DNA from: Dendrobates tinctorius
Lineage: Eukaryota
Length of the DNA stretch: 64,000 bases
Direction of reading: 5' to 3'
Assembly (NCBI RefSeq): GCF_039654945.1
Contig: NW_027361677.1
Span: forward strand, 21,700,001 to 21,764,000
The position numbers and the translations under genes were made by a program. Within the stretch, counting starts at the first letter, position 1. Each line of letters begins with the position of its first letter. This document shows, piece by piece, positions 12,677 to 39,439 of the stretch. The notes beneath the pieces were generated by a model that worked only from the letters and a program-made list of their open reading frames with translations, searched no databases and had not been told where the DNA came from.

Positions 12677-14337
12677 CCACACCAGACAGCCCCCCCAGCA
12701 CTACACACACTGCATGTCCCGCACCAGACACCCCCCCCCCCCAGCACTACACACACTGCATGTCCCACACCAGACACCCCCCCCAGCACTACACACACTG
12801 CATGTCCCACACCAGACACCCCCCCCCCAGCACTACACACACTGCATGTCCCACACCAGACACCCCCCCCAGCACTACACACACTGCATGTCCCACACCA
12901 GACACCCCCCCCAGCACTACACACACTGCATGTCCCACACCAGACACCCCCCCCAGCACTACACACACTGCATGTCCCACACCAGACACCCCCCCAGCAC
13001 TACACACACTGCATGTCCCACACCAGACACCCCCCCCAGCACTACACACACTGCATGTCCCGCACCAGACACCCCCCCCAGCACTACACACACTGCATGT
13101 CCCGCAGCAGACACCCCCCCAGCACTACACACACTGCATGTCCCACACCAGACACCCCCCCCAGCACTACACACACTGCATGTCCCACACCAGACACCCC
13201 CCCAGCACTACACACACTGCATGTCCTGCAGCAGACACCCCCCCCAGCACTACACACACTGCATGTCCTGCAGCAGACACCCCCCCAGCACTACACACAC
13301 TGCATGTCCTGCAGCAGACACCCCCCCCAGCACTACACACACTGCATGTCCTGCAGCAGACACCCCCCCCCAGCACTACACACACTGCATGTCCCGCACC
13401 AGACACCCCCCCCAGCACTACACACACTGCATGTCCCGCAGCAGACACCCCCCCCCAGCACTACACACACTGCACGTCCTGCAGCAGACACCCCCCCCCA
13501 GCACTACACACACTGCATGTCCCACACCAGACACCCCCCCCAGCACTACACACACTGCATGTCCTGCAGCAGACACCCCCCCCCAGCACTACACACACTG
13601 CATGTCCCACACCAGACACCCCCCCCAGCACTACACACACTGCATGTCCCACACCAGACACCCCCCCCAGCACTACACACACTGCATGTCCCACACCAGA
13701 CACCCCCCCCAGCACTACACACACTGCATGTCCTGCAGCAGACACCCCCCCCAGCACTACACACACTGCATGTCCCACACCAGACACCCCCCCCAGCACT
13801 ACACACACTGCATGTCCCACACCAGACACCCCCCCCAGCACTACACACACTGCATGTCCCACACCAGACACCCCCCCCCAGCACTACACACACTGCATGT
13901 CCTGCAGCAGACACCCCCCCCCAGCACTACACACACTGCATGTCCCACACCAGACACCCCCCCCAGCACTACACACACTGCATGTCCCACACCAGACACC
14001 CCCCCCAGCACTACACACACTGCATGTCCCACACCAGACACCCCCCCCAGCACTACACACACTGCATGTCCCACACCAGACACCCCCCCAGCACTACACA
14101 CACTGCATGTCCCACACCAGACACCCCCCCAGCACTACACACACTGCATGTCCCGCACCAGACACCCCCCCCAGCACTACACACACTGCATGTCCTGCAG
14201 CAGACACCCCCCCAGCACTACACACACTGCATGTCCCGCACCAGACACCCCCCCCAGCACTACACACACTGCATGTCCTGCAGCAGACAGCCCCCCCAGC
14301 ACTACACACACTGCATGTCCTGCAGCAGACAGCCCCC
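12677..14337. repeat. Minisatellite, 41-44 bp unit, ~39 copies
   Basis: Unit CCCCCCCAGCACTACACACACTGCATGTCCCACACCAGACA. Length varies only in the C-run. Confidence 0.97.
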
Positions 14338-14604
14338 TACCATTACACAGTCAAAATGTAAACACAGAACTCCCCTCAGCATTGGGGATCCAACAACAGG
14401 CATGCTTCTGGCAATGTGCACCCTAGTGTCCCACCATTGCTTCCTCCACAGCATCATGCACCCCACCATTCCCCCCACACGGTTGCACCCTCTGAGCACA
14501 GCACCCTTCGCCCCTCTTCCCCGCTGCTTCTCAGGGATGCAGATGAACGAGCGCTAAACCCTGGGAGCTGCGCTGCAGTCTGGAAGAAACCAGAACACGC
14601 CCAC

Positions 14605-14778
14605 AGCATGTGCCGGAAGTGACGTCATGCCTAAGGAGCATTCTTAGCGTCCACTGAAACGCATCACGTGATCTCAGCTACTTCCTGTTTCGATTAGACG
14701 TCTCTTCCGGTTCCGGTGAACTGACAGGCCCCGGAATCCAGAGGAAACCCCCCGAAGACACCGGGACCGGGAGATGAG
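14605..14778 (+). promoter_or_regulatory. VPS4A proximal promoter / 5' UTR
   Basis: ETS-CRE composite CCGGAAGTGACGTCA 14613-14627. Palindromic E-box ATCACGTGAT 14663-14672. Further ETS-like CTTCCGG at ~14704. CpG-rich. Confidence 0.7.
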
Positions 14779-28299
<13,521 letters not shown>

Positions 28300-29383
28300 G
28301 GTGCACTGGGCACTACAATGGGAGGGGGCATCAGATTTGCTTGATTATCTCTTAAGTGCCCCCCACCAATAACATCACAGAAAAGTGCAGGCTCTGACCA
28401 CCCTCTCCCATATCCAGGACTCCTACCCTCCCCTAGGGCCCTGCACTGCCTGGGAGGCACCACATACCTTCAACAAGCTTCTGTATCTGGGGTTTACATT
28501 CACCAGACCTTCAATGTGATGGCCTTCCCTATACCCTCCATCCTCTTAAACTGAGGGGGGCTCCCTCAATGCCTGACTTACAATTCAACTGACTTCTAAT
28601 TGACTGTAATGTCCCTTTCCCTTCATCGCCCCATCTTGGGAGCAGTGGCAGGTTGGTGCCAAGCCCAGACCCCCTTACCAAAGTCTGTATGTTTTCCCCA
28701 CTTCCCTGCCGGTCTCTGATGTGTGCATTACTGGGGATGAGTGTTCAGCTGTGTAAATATATCCTATCTCTCTTCTCTTTGAAATCACATCCTATGTCTG
28801 ATGCCTATTCTTAAATAAAGCTGCTCGTACACTGCTACCAACAGCAGAGGGGCAATCCCCCAAACTCTACAGGGCCAAAATGTGAACATTTATAGCAGTA
28901 CTGCTTGTCTATCATAAGGGTATCATCACTGACATAATCCTTGGTTAAATGTTCCCGGAAGAAAGTCAACACCTCTTCTCCCAGGACAGAGTAGTGCAGA
29001 GTAGACAGGACTAGTCAGTGCAGGTAAAGGAGACCTGGGAGCTGTGTCATCTTCCAACAGTAAGTGCATAGGTAAATCAAAATTCCAGGCCTGACAATGA
29101 CTCATGAACCGAACTTAATGGCTCTTGGGGATATGTGATGCTTTAAGGGTAGTCTATCAGCACAAAATGACTGTCCAAACAAAGCACTGTCACTCAGAGC
29201 ACCTTTGTCGTGGTCAACCAGTTCAGTGCACTTTCCCACCTATCTCCACTCAACTCTGGCTTCTGTTAAGCCAGAGCTGTCGATCAAAGAAGGCAGAGAT
29301 AGGTAGGAAGATGCACTGAGCTGCTTGGCCATGACAGGTGCATCGAGCACCTGGGCTTGTTTTGTGCTTATAGACTCTCTTAA

Positions 29384-29802
29384 GGGCTCGTTCACACCAC
29401 CGTATTTTCCATCCAAGTGCAATCTGACAAAACATCAGATCACACTAGGACCAATGTTATTCTATGGGGCCGTGAACACGTCCACTTCTTTTCCGTAGAC
29501 TGAGCTGGTATGGAGAAAAAAAAAAAACTGCAGCATATCTGAGTTTGATTCGATATTTCAAGTCATTGGGTGTGTCGTAATCTGCTGGTAGCATTCGGAT
29601 TCCATCTGAGTGCACTCCGATTTCCACGTTGCTGACACAATGAAGAAATGTTACATTCCATCTCATCTGAGAGAATCAGATCACACTCAGTTTCATCAGA
29701 GTGGCATTTGCATGATGGAATGTGCGTTCGTGCGCGACCCCCTCCCTCCCATAATTGGTCCGGTGATTGTGGATGCTAAATTACACATCTGTGAATCAGT
29801 CC
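29384..29802. mobile_element. Harbinger-type MITE, with older MITE fragments on both sides
   Basis: TAA duplication. Termini GGGCTCGTTCACA / TGTGAATCAGTCC. Confidence 0.6.
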
Positions 29803-30335
29803 TAAGGTCTCATTCAAATCTGAGTACATATAGTGATGCATGGGTTGGCTGCCAGTCCCCTGACTTGAATTTGACAGCCTAAGAGGTTACTATATACCTG
29901 CATCCAAACCGTGCATAATGGTCCACATTTACACCTTGCATTAAGGATGGGCGTCTGAATGAAGTTTTTGGCTAAGTTCACAAATGCAATAGCACCATTA
30001 CCTGATGGACCCACTACCATAGTGATTGCAGTATGTTGTGATGGCAAATATATATATATATATTTTTTTTTTTAAATACATGCCATATCCAAACTCACTC
30101 AGTGCTCTTCTAGCGTGAATGAGACATCCCGGATTTGCATTTTTCACTACACCCCTATACGAGTTTTGTTATCTGTTTGAAGAAACCCGCTATGATGCAA
30201 AATAAAGCAAAACAAAAAAAGTTGCACCCTTCCGGGTCACAGCTTTGATGCGCCGTTTTCTTTTGGTGTAGAAACTGTATTGGGGCTCTCAGGTGGTGAT
30301 TGACAGTTTATTTACTGGAAAAACAAAAAACTACG

Positions 30336-32776
30336 TCAGTCATTTACTTCCATCCAGTTAACGTTCACGAAGGTCCGAGGATCCATTTTATCAACGTAGA
30401 GAACTCCGTCCAAATGGTCCATCTCGTGCTGGATGACGCGGGCTGCCCAGCCTTGTGCTTTCCAGCTGGTGGCTTCTCCTTTCTCATTCAGACCTGCAGC
30501 GAACAGGTAGAGACAGAAATACAAGCTCCGTATCAGATAAAGCTCTGCAATGTCTCACTGTGCGTAGATACAGCCAAAATGTATTTACAACGTTGTGCCC
30601 ATTAATAGCTAACACTACATGCACCACTAATGAATAACCCATTCGTTCCATGGAAGAGTAGACACTCTGAAATATAGAAGTGGTTGTCCACAATTAGTTA
30701 CTTTTTTTTTATTTAACTTAAATGCATGTATTTGGAGCTATAAAAAAAAAAAAAAAAAATTTTGCAATTGGATTTCAGTATAAATTTTGCAGCATTTTGC
30801 TTTTACAGGCTCTTTGTTTCTCTGTACTTTCAACTTTGATGTGGTCTGTGGTCATAAATCAGCTGAGTGTGGCTCAGAAAAAGAAAAGCGTTAACAACTC
30901 TCCCATCAGATAGTCAGAACGAGCTCACTGATGGATTCTCAGTTGGTTGCCTCTGCCGCCAGTAATTGGTAGCGCGATACAGAGACTATAGAAAGCAAAC
31001 GGTGCAAAATTTTGAATTCCTAACATAATTTTTAGCCTCAAATATATGCATTTAAGTAATATGAAATACCCATCTGTACAGAGGCTGTAAAACGCAGGCT
31101 GTGACATTTGGGCAATGGAATATACTAGGGTTCTCACTAGAAATGTCAGTCTACAAATGGAGTTGGAATTTCCACCTGCTGTTAGTGAAGAGAGAATAGA
31201 GTTGAGCGAATTTGCTCGGGTCCCTGCTTATTCGGCAAGCTATAGCGCTTACTGAATAAAGTGCAGAGGGAACTCTGCTTCCTGGATTGCGCCGGGTGAT
31301 TAGCTGCATGTGTGGCGGCTGTGTGACAGGCACGACACATGCATGGAAAGCTTGTTTGTTGGGCTCTCCATGCATGTGTTGTGCCTGTCACACAGCTGAT
31401 TAGCATGCAGAATCCAGGAAGCCCGGTTCCCTCTGCAGCTTAGGCTAGTTTCACACGAGGGTATCTTCACGCCCCACCCCCTCCGGTCATCTCCTCCCTA
31501 CTATCGCACAGCGCTGCATGCGATCTGCGCACCCTATCTTTAGCATAGTGTGCGCAGACCGTGCACTTGTAGGATTTTTGCGTGCGCTGAGCACTTTTGA
31601 AGGTTGCGCCGAACGTGCCATGTTGCATTTTGGTGCGCTCGGCGCACCTTCAAAAGTGCGCAGTGCACGCAAAAATCCTACTAGTGCACGGTCTGCGCAC
31701 CCTATGCTAAAGATAGGGTGCGCAGATCGCATGCAGCACTGTGCGATAGGGAGGAGATGACCGGAGGGGGCGGGGCCTAGCGGCGCCGTGCGCTGCGTGA
31801 AGATACTCTAGTGTGAAACTAGCCTAATTGAGTAAGGGCTATAGCTTGCCGCATAAGCAGGGTCCTGAGCAAATTCGCTCATCTCTAACAGACATGAGTT
31901 GTTTTTTTTTTTTTCTGCAAACGTCCTGTTCATATTAAGTTTTCATTTTGCCAGGAAAGCAGATATGTTCACAGGGCTCCATTATTCAGCCGGAAGCTAA
32001 AATAAAGTCTGGGGTCCCAAACCCATACCAATTTATATGAACCCAGAACTCAAACTTTGTGAGGAAGGGTGTTCCATACTGTTCTGCGCCTATGCAGGCC
32101 AGAGCTTAGTTTTATACAGATTTTGGAGCATAACCAGTGGTACTTCCCCCACCTACGGATCACACTTTCCTTGCTCTCTTCCCAGTAATTATTAAACACT
32201 TCAGTATTACAGATAATCGTCACCTGATATCTCCACGGAGTGATACCGGGGCACAACAGCTGAAAACCCGTGAATGCTGCTGCAGCCCTCCGGGAAGCTC
32301 AGCTTTCGAGAGTCAAGAATTCGCATAGTGGGGTTAATAAAGATCTTGAGCGTGAAAGGCTCCATCTCACGCTGCGTCCGCACATCGGGAGGCACCAGCT
32401 GGCACATCTCTTCTCGGAGTTCCAGAGTCATAATGCGTAGAGGGAGCCCCAACTGAGGGGCACTTATACCCACACAACCACAGGACTTCAGGACCTGCAC
32501 CATTCGGCTCAGGATGGCCTGAGTATCTGGGTGCGAGATGTGGTCTGGGGGAACAGTCTGTGTCTGGACCCTCAAAATTGGATCTCCTGTCTGAGCTACT
32601 CGCTTGTAAGGTGGGGAGGGGGCTCCCAGGATGGACCTCTTCAGGTACTTCCAATAGCTGCGCTTCTTCACTCCAGCCCAGGAGGCACAGAGACGGGAAG
32701 ACTGGATGCTGCCAAAACTAGGAGTGTAGTGGGACAGGAGGAGACTAAAGACTCGGTGACTTCTTGAAAACCACAT
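30336..32776 (-). CDS. PDF: Peptide deformylase, mitochondrial; 2 coding exons, 236 aa
   Basis: Coding 32776-32224 and 30493-30336; 711 nt. Motifs [24 protein letters not shown]. Ser/Arg-rich, acid-free presequence. AATAAA on minus at 30307-12. Acceptor at 32788-89. Probable non-coding exon 1 ending at 33816. Confidence 0.93.
31197..31887. mobile_element. hAT-like palindromic MITE in the PDF intron
   Basis: Termini TAGAGTTGAGCGAATTTGCTC / GAGCAAATTCGCTCATCTCTA. Interrupted by 31443-31824. Confidence 0.75.
31443..31824. mobile_element. Harbinger-type MITE, near-perfect palindrome, nested
   Basis: TIR GGCTAGTTTCACAC / GTGTGAAACTAGCC with TWA flanks. Internal arms ~31480-31770. Confidence 0.85.
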
Positions 32777-33815
32777 AGTCGGTTCATCTAAAAGAAAGCA
32801 ATGCATGAATAAGCTCAGCTCTGCCCCGCAGAGCGCTATACAATGAGCTCCCATCTGCAAAGCAGCCATCAACCAATCCCTGCAAAGCATTAGAACCCAA
32901 AATCATTGCTAAAGCATGAAAGCCTTAATACATTAACTTTAGTCCTAGAGTCGTCGTCTTCTGCTACGCTCCTAACATTTCTAAGTCAGTTTTCCTAGAG
33001 TTAGGGATAGCACATAGAGAATTCAGGAAACGCATTGGTGCATGGATTGTAAGGGGCATTATATTGTTTGTCATCTAGTTTTTCCAAATTCATGTACCAT
33101 GCAGTAGATTTGACTATTCCAGCTTTAGGCTGGGGCTCCAGTCACAGAACATGGCCGTTCACTGCAGGATGTCGCCTCTTATGTCATAATGGGGTCATGT
33201 TGCTACTCTGGGTGTAACACCGGTCGCACTGCCAAAAATCTCTACATGCCACTGCTACCGGGTGAAGCACATGAATGGGGCCACAACTGTGACAAGTTCC
33301 TTGTCGTGGTACCATATTGGTAATGAGATGTCAGTCATCTGCAAAGCATTGCGATCTTTGGTCAGACTTCCGTGTAACCCAGTAGGTGCTTGCCCCATGA
33401 TGGGAATTATAGATCTGATGTGCCAAACATGAGAGATCACAGTAGAAGTTATATGGATATCAGGCTGGAAATGCACTTACTCTCTCGCCTCCAGTGCACG
33501 TCCGCCCTGATTTGGATGTGATGTTATTAGATCAATACAAAAAATGGTAACACTTTTTTTTATTGGGGAGTGATCACCTGTACAGGCAGATCACTAATTG
33601 CAGGGTAAATGTATATGCTCTATAGGCCTGGCTTATTTCTAAGCAGTAGCCATCTGTTTCTGACGCCCCACAGTGCCCTTGAACATGGTGACCCCATACA
33701 ACACACGGATCTTTGCACCCGAGGGTCAGACATGAGCTAGAGCCGCCTCATACACAAGCTGCCACTACTGGCGCACAACACTCCTCCCAGCACTGACCCG
33801 GACACCTTGCCTCAC

Positions 33816-34130
33816 CTGTGCAGGGACCACACTGCTCTGCGGCGCACGAATTCTACGTCATCACGCCGCGAAGCATGCCGGGAGATGTAGTCATCCGCCG
33901 CCTACAGGGTTCATGATCGCGTTTCCGGAATGATACGACCACTCCCGAGACCTCAGCGTACGTGTTCGCTTCCGTATCCAGCGCGCACATAGCGAGCCTC
34001 CTAATAATTGCGCGTTTCCCTCTTAGCAACCAATCAGCTTCCATTTTTGCAGTGCAGGTTGTGAAATGAGAGAAAGGATTTGATTGGCTGTTACCGCTTT
34101 TCTTGCGTACGAGGACGCCATCTTTGTTTT
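33816..34130 (-). promoter_or_regulatory. Probable PDF promoter and non-coding exon 1
   Basis: CpG-rich. Donor CAG|GTGAGG at 33816. CRE-like site, TTCCGGAA, two CCAAT boxes (~34030, ~34085), YY1-like CGCCATCTTT (~34117). Confidence 0.6.
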
Positions 34131-34276
34131 GGGTCAGGCCTATACAGAGAAGGCTTATAGGTGCTGCTCTGGTTTTCTAGCGCAGTTGTAGTAATGCTTG
34201 TGATATGTAACAAACGGGAAGGGCATAGGTGTGACCCCCAAAACAGGTCAAGGCTGCAAGTCGCGGACCTTCTGGT

Positions 34277-36832
34277 CAGAGGCGTATCTAGGCTTTCTGG
34301 CACCCGGGGCAAGAATTTGGTTCGGCGCCCCCCCCCCCCCAAAAAAAAAAAAAAAAAGTACATATGTGACTTGCACACTTAGCCATGTACCCACGAGCTG
34401 CTCTCCCTAATGCTCTCAATGTTCAGTAAAAAACTGAAAGCAGGAAGAGAAGCTCGTTGTCACAGGACCATAACTATGAAAATCGCATATGAGTGAAATG
34501 TCCGTGTGATGACTACTGCAACCTGCAGAGCTGAATCCTGACATTGCAGCTTCTGAATTCTCACAATGAATGCACTGCACACATTTAGGATTCTCCCTTG
34601 CCGATGTACAGTCATGTCAGCACAAGTATGTGATTTGTATACTTCTGGCCACATTCCGACTAGACGTGCCCGGCCTCGCTCCGTTCATTTTCATTGAGTG
34701 AGGCCACACATGTCTAGTTGGCATGTGACCGCATGTATGTAAATTACCGGCACAAGAGAATCCTGACAGCGTTCAGTGAGCACTGTGAGAATTCAGAAAT
34801 CTGCAGTCACATAGAATGACTGTAGACTCCGCACAAACCTGGACAACCCCTGTAATGTTCCTAACAAATAAAAACATGAGAATTAGTCAGTATCACTAAT
34901 AATATTTACATCCAGGTACCTTATAGATGACGTCTCTGCAGTCGTTCTCCTTTTCTTCTTCTTGTCCAGACCCCATGATGAGTTTTCTCACCCACATTTC
35001 GTCTCTGCAGACTTCCATCTTCTCCAATCTTCTGCAGCAAATCTTCACACGATGCCCTTAAAGATAGAAGTGTCATTATAATGTTCCTAAATAAAAATGT
35101 CTGCAATATACTGTCGCCTCACACTATTCCCCTCCCTCCTCATACTGTCTCCTCTATCATCCTCCTGTTCACCATACTGTCTCCTCACATACCCCCTCAC
35201 TCTCTATACTGTCTGCTCACACATACCCCCGACTCCTCATACTGTGTCTGCACACATCCCATCACCCTCACTCCCCATACTGTGCCCACATAAATTCATC
35301 CGTTCGCACCCCTTACTGTCTGCACCCATCCCCCATACTGCTTCCTCATATATGCCCTCATACATACTCTTCATTTTGTGTCCTCAAATCTCCCCACACA
35401 CGTTAAATACCATCCCCACTCCAAACTCACCACACACATTAAGTACCCCCCATCCCCACTCCAAATCCCCCCACACATTAAGTATCCCCCATCCCCACTC
35501 AATAATCCCTTGTCCCTACTCCCAAATCCCCCCACACATTAAGTATCCCCCATCCCCACTCCCAAATCCCCCCACACATTATGTACCCCCACCCCCCCTA
35601 ATTAACCCCATCTCCACTCATTAAACCCCATACATTAACCCCCCTACACATTAACCCCCCCACTTATTAACTCCCATCCCCACATTAACCCCCATAGCCA
35701 CTCATTAACCCCCACACTCATTAACGCCCCACTCATTAACCCCCATACTTTAACCCCCACACTCATTAACCCCATCCCCACATTAACCCCCACACTTTAA
35801 CCCCCATCTCTACATTAACCCCCATCTCCACTCATTAACCCCCCACTCATTAACCCCCATCTTCACTCATTAACCCCCCCCACTCATTAACCCCCATCCC
35901 CACATTAACCCCCTCACTTTAACCCCCATCCCCACATTAACCCCCATCTCCACTCAATAACCCCCCACTCATTAACCCCCATCCCCACATTAAACCCCAT
36001 CTCCACTCATTAACCCCCCACTCATTAACCCCCCCGACTCATTAACCCCCATCACCACTCATTAACCCCCCACTCATTAACCCCCATCTTCACTCATTAA
36101 CCCCCCACTCATCAACCCCCATCCCCACATTAACCCCCCACTCATCAACCCCCATCCCCACATTAACCCCCTCACTTTAACCCCCATCCCCACATTAACC
36201 CCCATCTCCACTCAATAACCCCCAACTCAACCCCCATCCCCACATTAACCCCCTCACTTTAACCCCCATCCCCACATTAAACCCCATGTCCACTCATTAA
36301 CCCCCCACACTTTAACCCCCACTCATTAACCCCCCCGACTCATTAACCCCCTCACTTTAACCCCCACTCATTAACCCCCCGACTCATTAACCCCCATCCC
36401 CACTCAATAACCCCCCCACTCATTAACACCCCCCCCATCTCCCATCTTCGGTGGTTCTTCAGCTCCACAGAGGAGCACACTTACCACCAGCGTTTGCTCT
36501 GGGCGCCGGGGAGTGACGTCAGCAGCGTGATTACATGACATGATCACGCTGCTGACGTCGCTCTGACCCGGCGGTCAGAGCTAATTGTACAGGCGTCTGT
36601 ATAGACGCCAGTACAATTGCTGCCTGGGAGCCGGCACGGCCTCCTTCTCTGCGCTGGCTGTCAGCTTGACAGCCGTCACAGAGAACAGCCGGCTCACAGG
36701 ATGGTGGGCGGCAGAGCGCAGCCGCCGGGGGGGAGACACTGCGGACCGCTGCATTAGGCGGCTCGACTGCGCCCCCCTGCTGGCTGCGCCCGGGGCAACT
36801 GCCCCGGCTGCCCCCCCCTGGATACGCCACTG
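34277..36832. mobile_element. Non-autonomous hAT element with internal C-rich tandem array
   Basis: Perfect 8-bp TSD CTTCTGGT (34269-76, 36833-40). TIR CAGAGGCGTATC / GATACGCCACTG. Confidence 0.92.
35390..36440. repeat. C-rich degenerate tandem array (TTAACCCCC-ACTCA / -ATCCCCACA)
   Basis: Dozens of TTAACCCC motifs at 14-21 bp spacing. Confidence 0.9.
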
Positions 36833-37870
36833 CTTCTGGTAAGGTGAGGCAACAAGACAAGGTATGCACTCGGCCCAATGTTACACTATGGGGCAGCCTC
36901 AGAGCTGACATTATTTTCTCATGCTCATTTGCATCTGAGAATCGGATTGCACATCTCCATACACGTCTATGGGTGCGTGTGAAACATCGCACCGCACTCG
37001 GATGTCATCAGAGTGCAGTGCGATTCCCACAGACGCCAGCAACGGAGAAATTACTTTCTCCATCTCCTCCACACCCATGCTGGGATTCTCTCATGTGAGC
37101 GGATCGGAGCACTGACACTCTCAGCAGAGCAGGAGCCGAGGGGCATTAACATATCGCATCTGATGCCATGCGCTACTGTGACTCGGACCTAATAGATGCG
37201 AGCAGGGCTGCCACTAGGAATTTCGGGGCCCCATACTGGCAAAATTTTAGGGGCCCCCTTGAGACTCCGCCCAGGCTCCACCCCAGCCCCTCCTCCACCC
37301 CTCAAACTGTCCACCGTCCCACCGCTCTCTCTTGGAAAAACTGCACGTCTCATCAATCACACATTAACAGTTCCCATTACCAGATCACACATCTAGCCAG
37401 CAGCTCTTGTTTTGGCCAGAAGATTTTTTCAATCTGCCACCACGACAAGGTACACTCTTTTGGCCGGGCCCTACTCTACTCTAACCTATTAAACATTTGC
37501 TAAAATATCCAATACAATTTAGGGATTTTTTTTATTTATTTTTCAATTTTTAAAATGACCAATCATATCACATCCAAAGGGACAAATACCACTGCACCAT
37601 GACCAGACCACATATTACCACCACATAGTGACCTATAATACCACATACAAGGAACAAATACAGCCACACCATCACCAGACCACATATTACTACCATAGTG
37701 ACCGAATAATATCACATATAAGGAACAAATACCACTGCACCATGACCAGACCACATATTACCACCACATAGTGACCTATAATACCACATACATGGAACAA
37801 ATACAGCCACACCATGACCAGACCACATATTACCACCACATATACAGAATAATAGCACATACAAGGGACA

Positions 37871-38050
37871 AATAATAATAATAATTTTTATATAGCGCCA
37901 ACATATTCCGCAGCACTTTACAATTAAGCGGGGACATGTACAGACAATAAATTCAATACAAGTTAAGACAATTCAAACAATGACATTAGGAGTGAGGTCC
38001 CTGCTCGCAAGCTTACAATCTACAAGGAAATGAGGGGACACAGTAGGTGA
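37871..38050 (-). mobile_element. L2 3' tail fragment or L2-dependent SINE
   Basis: Reverse complement resembles 22990-23147 (TGTAAGCTTGCGAGCAGGG; GTGCTGCGGAATATGTTGGCGCTATA; (TAT)n). Confidence 0.8.
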
Positions 38051-38232
38051 GAATACCACCGCACCATGATCAGACCACATATTACCACCACATATTGACC
38101 TATAATACCACATACAAGGAACAAATACAGCCAGACCACATATTACTACCATAGTGACCGAATAATATCACATACAAGGAACAAATACCACTGCACCATG
38201 ACCAGACCACATATTACCACCACATAGTGACC

Positions 38233-39098
38233 TGTTATGAACTCATTTTCGGCTTCACCAGTTGAGTTCCCCTCCCGGTCTCAATATGGTGGTGACAGGA
38301 GGTAGTGAGGTTGGTTTAAGTGGTAGTTATCTGCCACCTGATGAGGAAGATAACAATTGGATCTCTGGAGTATCAGACTGGATATAAGACAGCCGACGCC
38401 CTATCCTAGTGCTGGTGATTCAGTCTGCTTCTCAGGTCCTGGACTTCAGCTCTCTTCCAGTCTTCTCAAGTTAAGTTTGTTTTTTGCTATTGTTCACACT
38501 TGCGCTTGTTGGTCAGTTCAGTTTCTTGTGTGGTCAGCCTGCCCCTGCTGGGGCTATGCTGAATTTCCACTCCTATGTATCAGTATTTGCCAAGCTGCTT
38601 TTTGTCCCTTATTGGATTGGCCTCTTTTTGCTCTGCCTCAGAATATTTCAGAGTGCTGATATAGGTGTAGAAGTCTAGTGACTTCAGGGTTAATTTTGTT
38701 ATCAGAAGTGTTGGACAATATTTTTGTAGGGTTTTTTTGCAGATTGCAGACAGTGTCTTTCCTTTCCTGTCCTGTTTAGTTAGCCGGGCCCCATCATTTG
38801 CTCAGCCTATTTTCCTGCCTTTGTTTGTAATTTCATCTTATTTCACTGTCAATACATGAAGGGAGCTGTCTTTCCTTTGGGGTCTGCTCTTGGGCAGTTA
38901 GTTTTCCTCTTTCCTGCTTTAGGCTTATGTAGCTCTCCGGTTGTGACGAGGTGTCTAGGAACATCGTAGGAACGCTCCACGACTACTGCTAGTTGTGCGG
39001 TTAAGTTCAGGGATCTGCAATCTGCATAGTTACCAACTTCTCTGGTTTTCTGAGACTTAGCTTGTTGTTTTTTCCTCCTCGGTGACCCATTCATAACA
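38233..39098. mobile_element. Solo LTR (Gypsy-like), 866 bp
   Basis: Termini TGTTATGAA...TTCATAACA. Flanks GTGACC / GTGAAC. The satellite unit resumes in register after it. Confidence 0.8.
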
Positions 39099-39439
39099 GT
39101 GAACTATAATACCACATACATGGAACAAATACAGCCACACCATGACCAGACCAAATATTACCACCACAGAGACAGAATAATAGCACATACAAGGGATAAA
39201 TGCCACCACACCATGTCCCAACCGCCTATTACCACCACATGGTGACCAATAATACCACATACAAGTAACAAATACCACCACACCATGACCAGACCACATA
39301 TTACCACCAGTGACAGAATAATAGCACATACAAGGAACAAATACCACGGCACCATGCCCAGACCACACATTACCACCACATGGTGACAGAATACTACAAT
39401 ACTGATCATTAATAAAAAAAAATACTATCACCATAAATG

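Larger units (their letters stand above)
37560..39400. repeat. ~70-72 bp tandem repeat, interrupted by two insertions
   Basis: Unit ACCACATACAAGGAACAAATACCACTGCACCATGACCAGACCACATATTACCACCACATAGTGACCTATAAT. Confidence 0.9.

Noticed and set aside
12658-14557. Three overlapping 567-631 aa mucin-like ORFs
   Set aside because: Translations of a stop-free 42-bp minisatellite. All frames are equivalent and frame-switch with C-run length.
32777-32890. Longer PDF N-terminus from the ORF track
   Set aside because: It crosses a strong acceptor (TTTCTTTTAG). Met at 32776 gives a typical mitochondrial presequence.
35390-36440. Functional link between telomere-like repeats and the nearby TERF2 gene
   Set aside because: The repeats are transposon cargo, and TTAACCCC is not the vertebrate telomere unit. 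Proximity looks coincidental.
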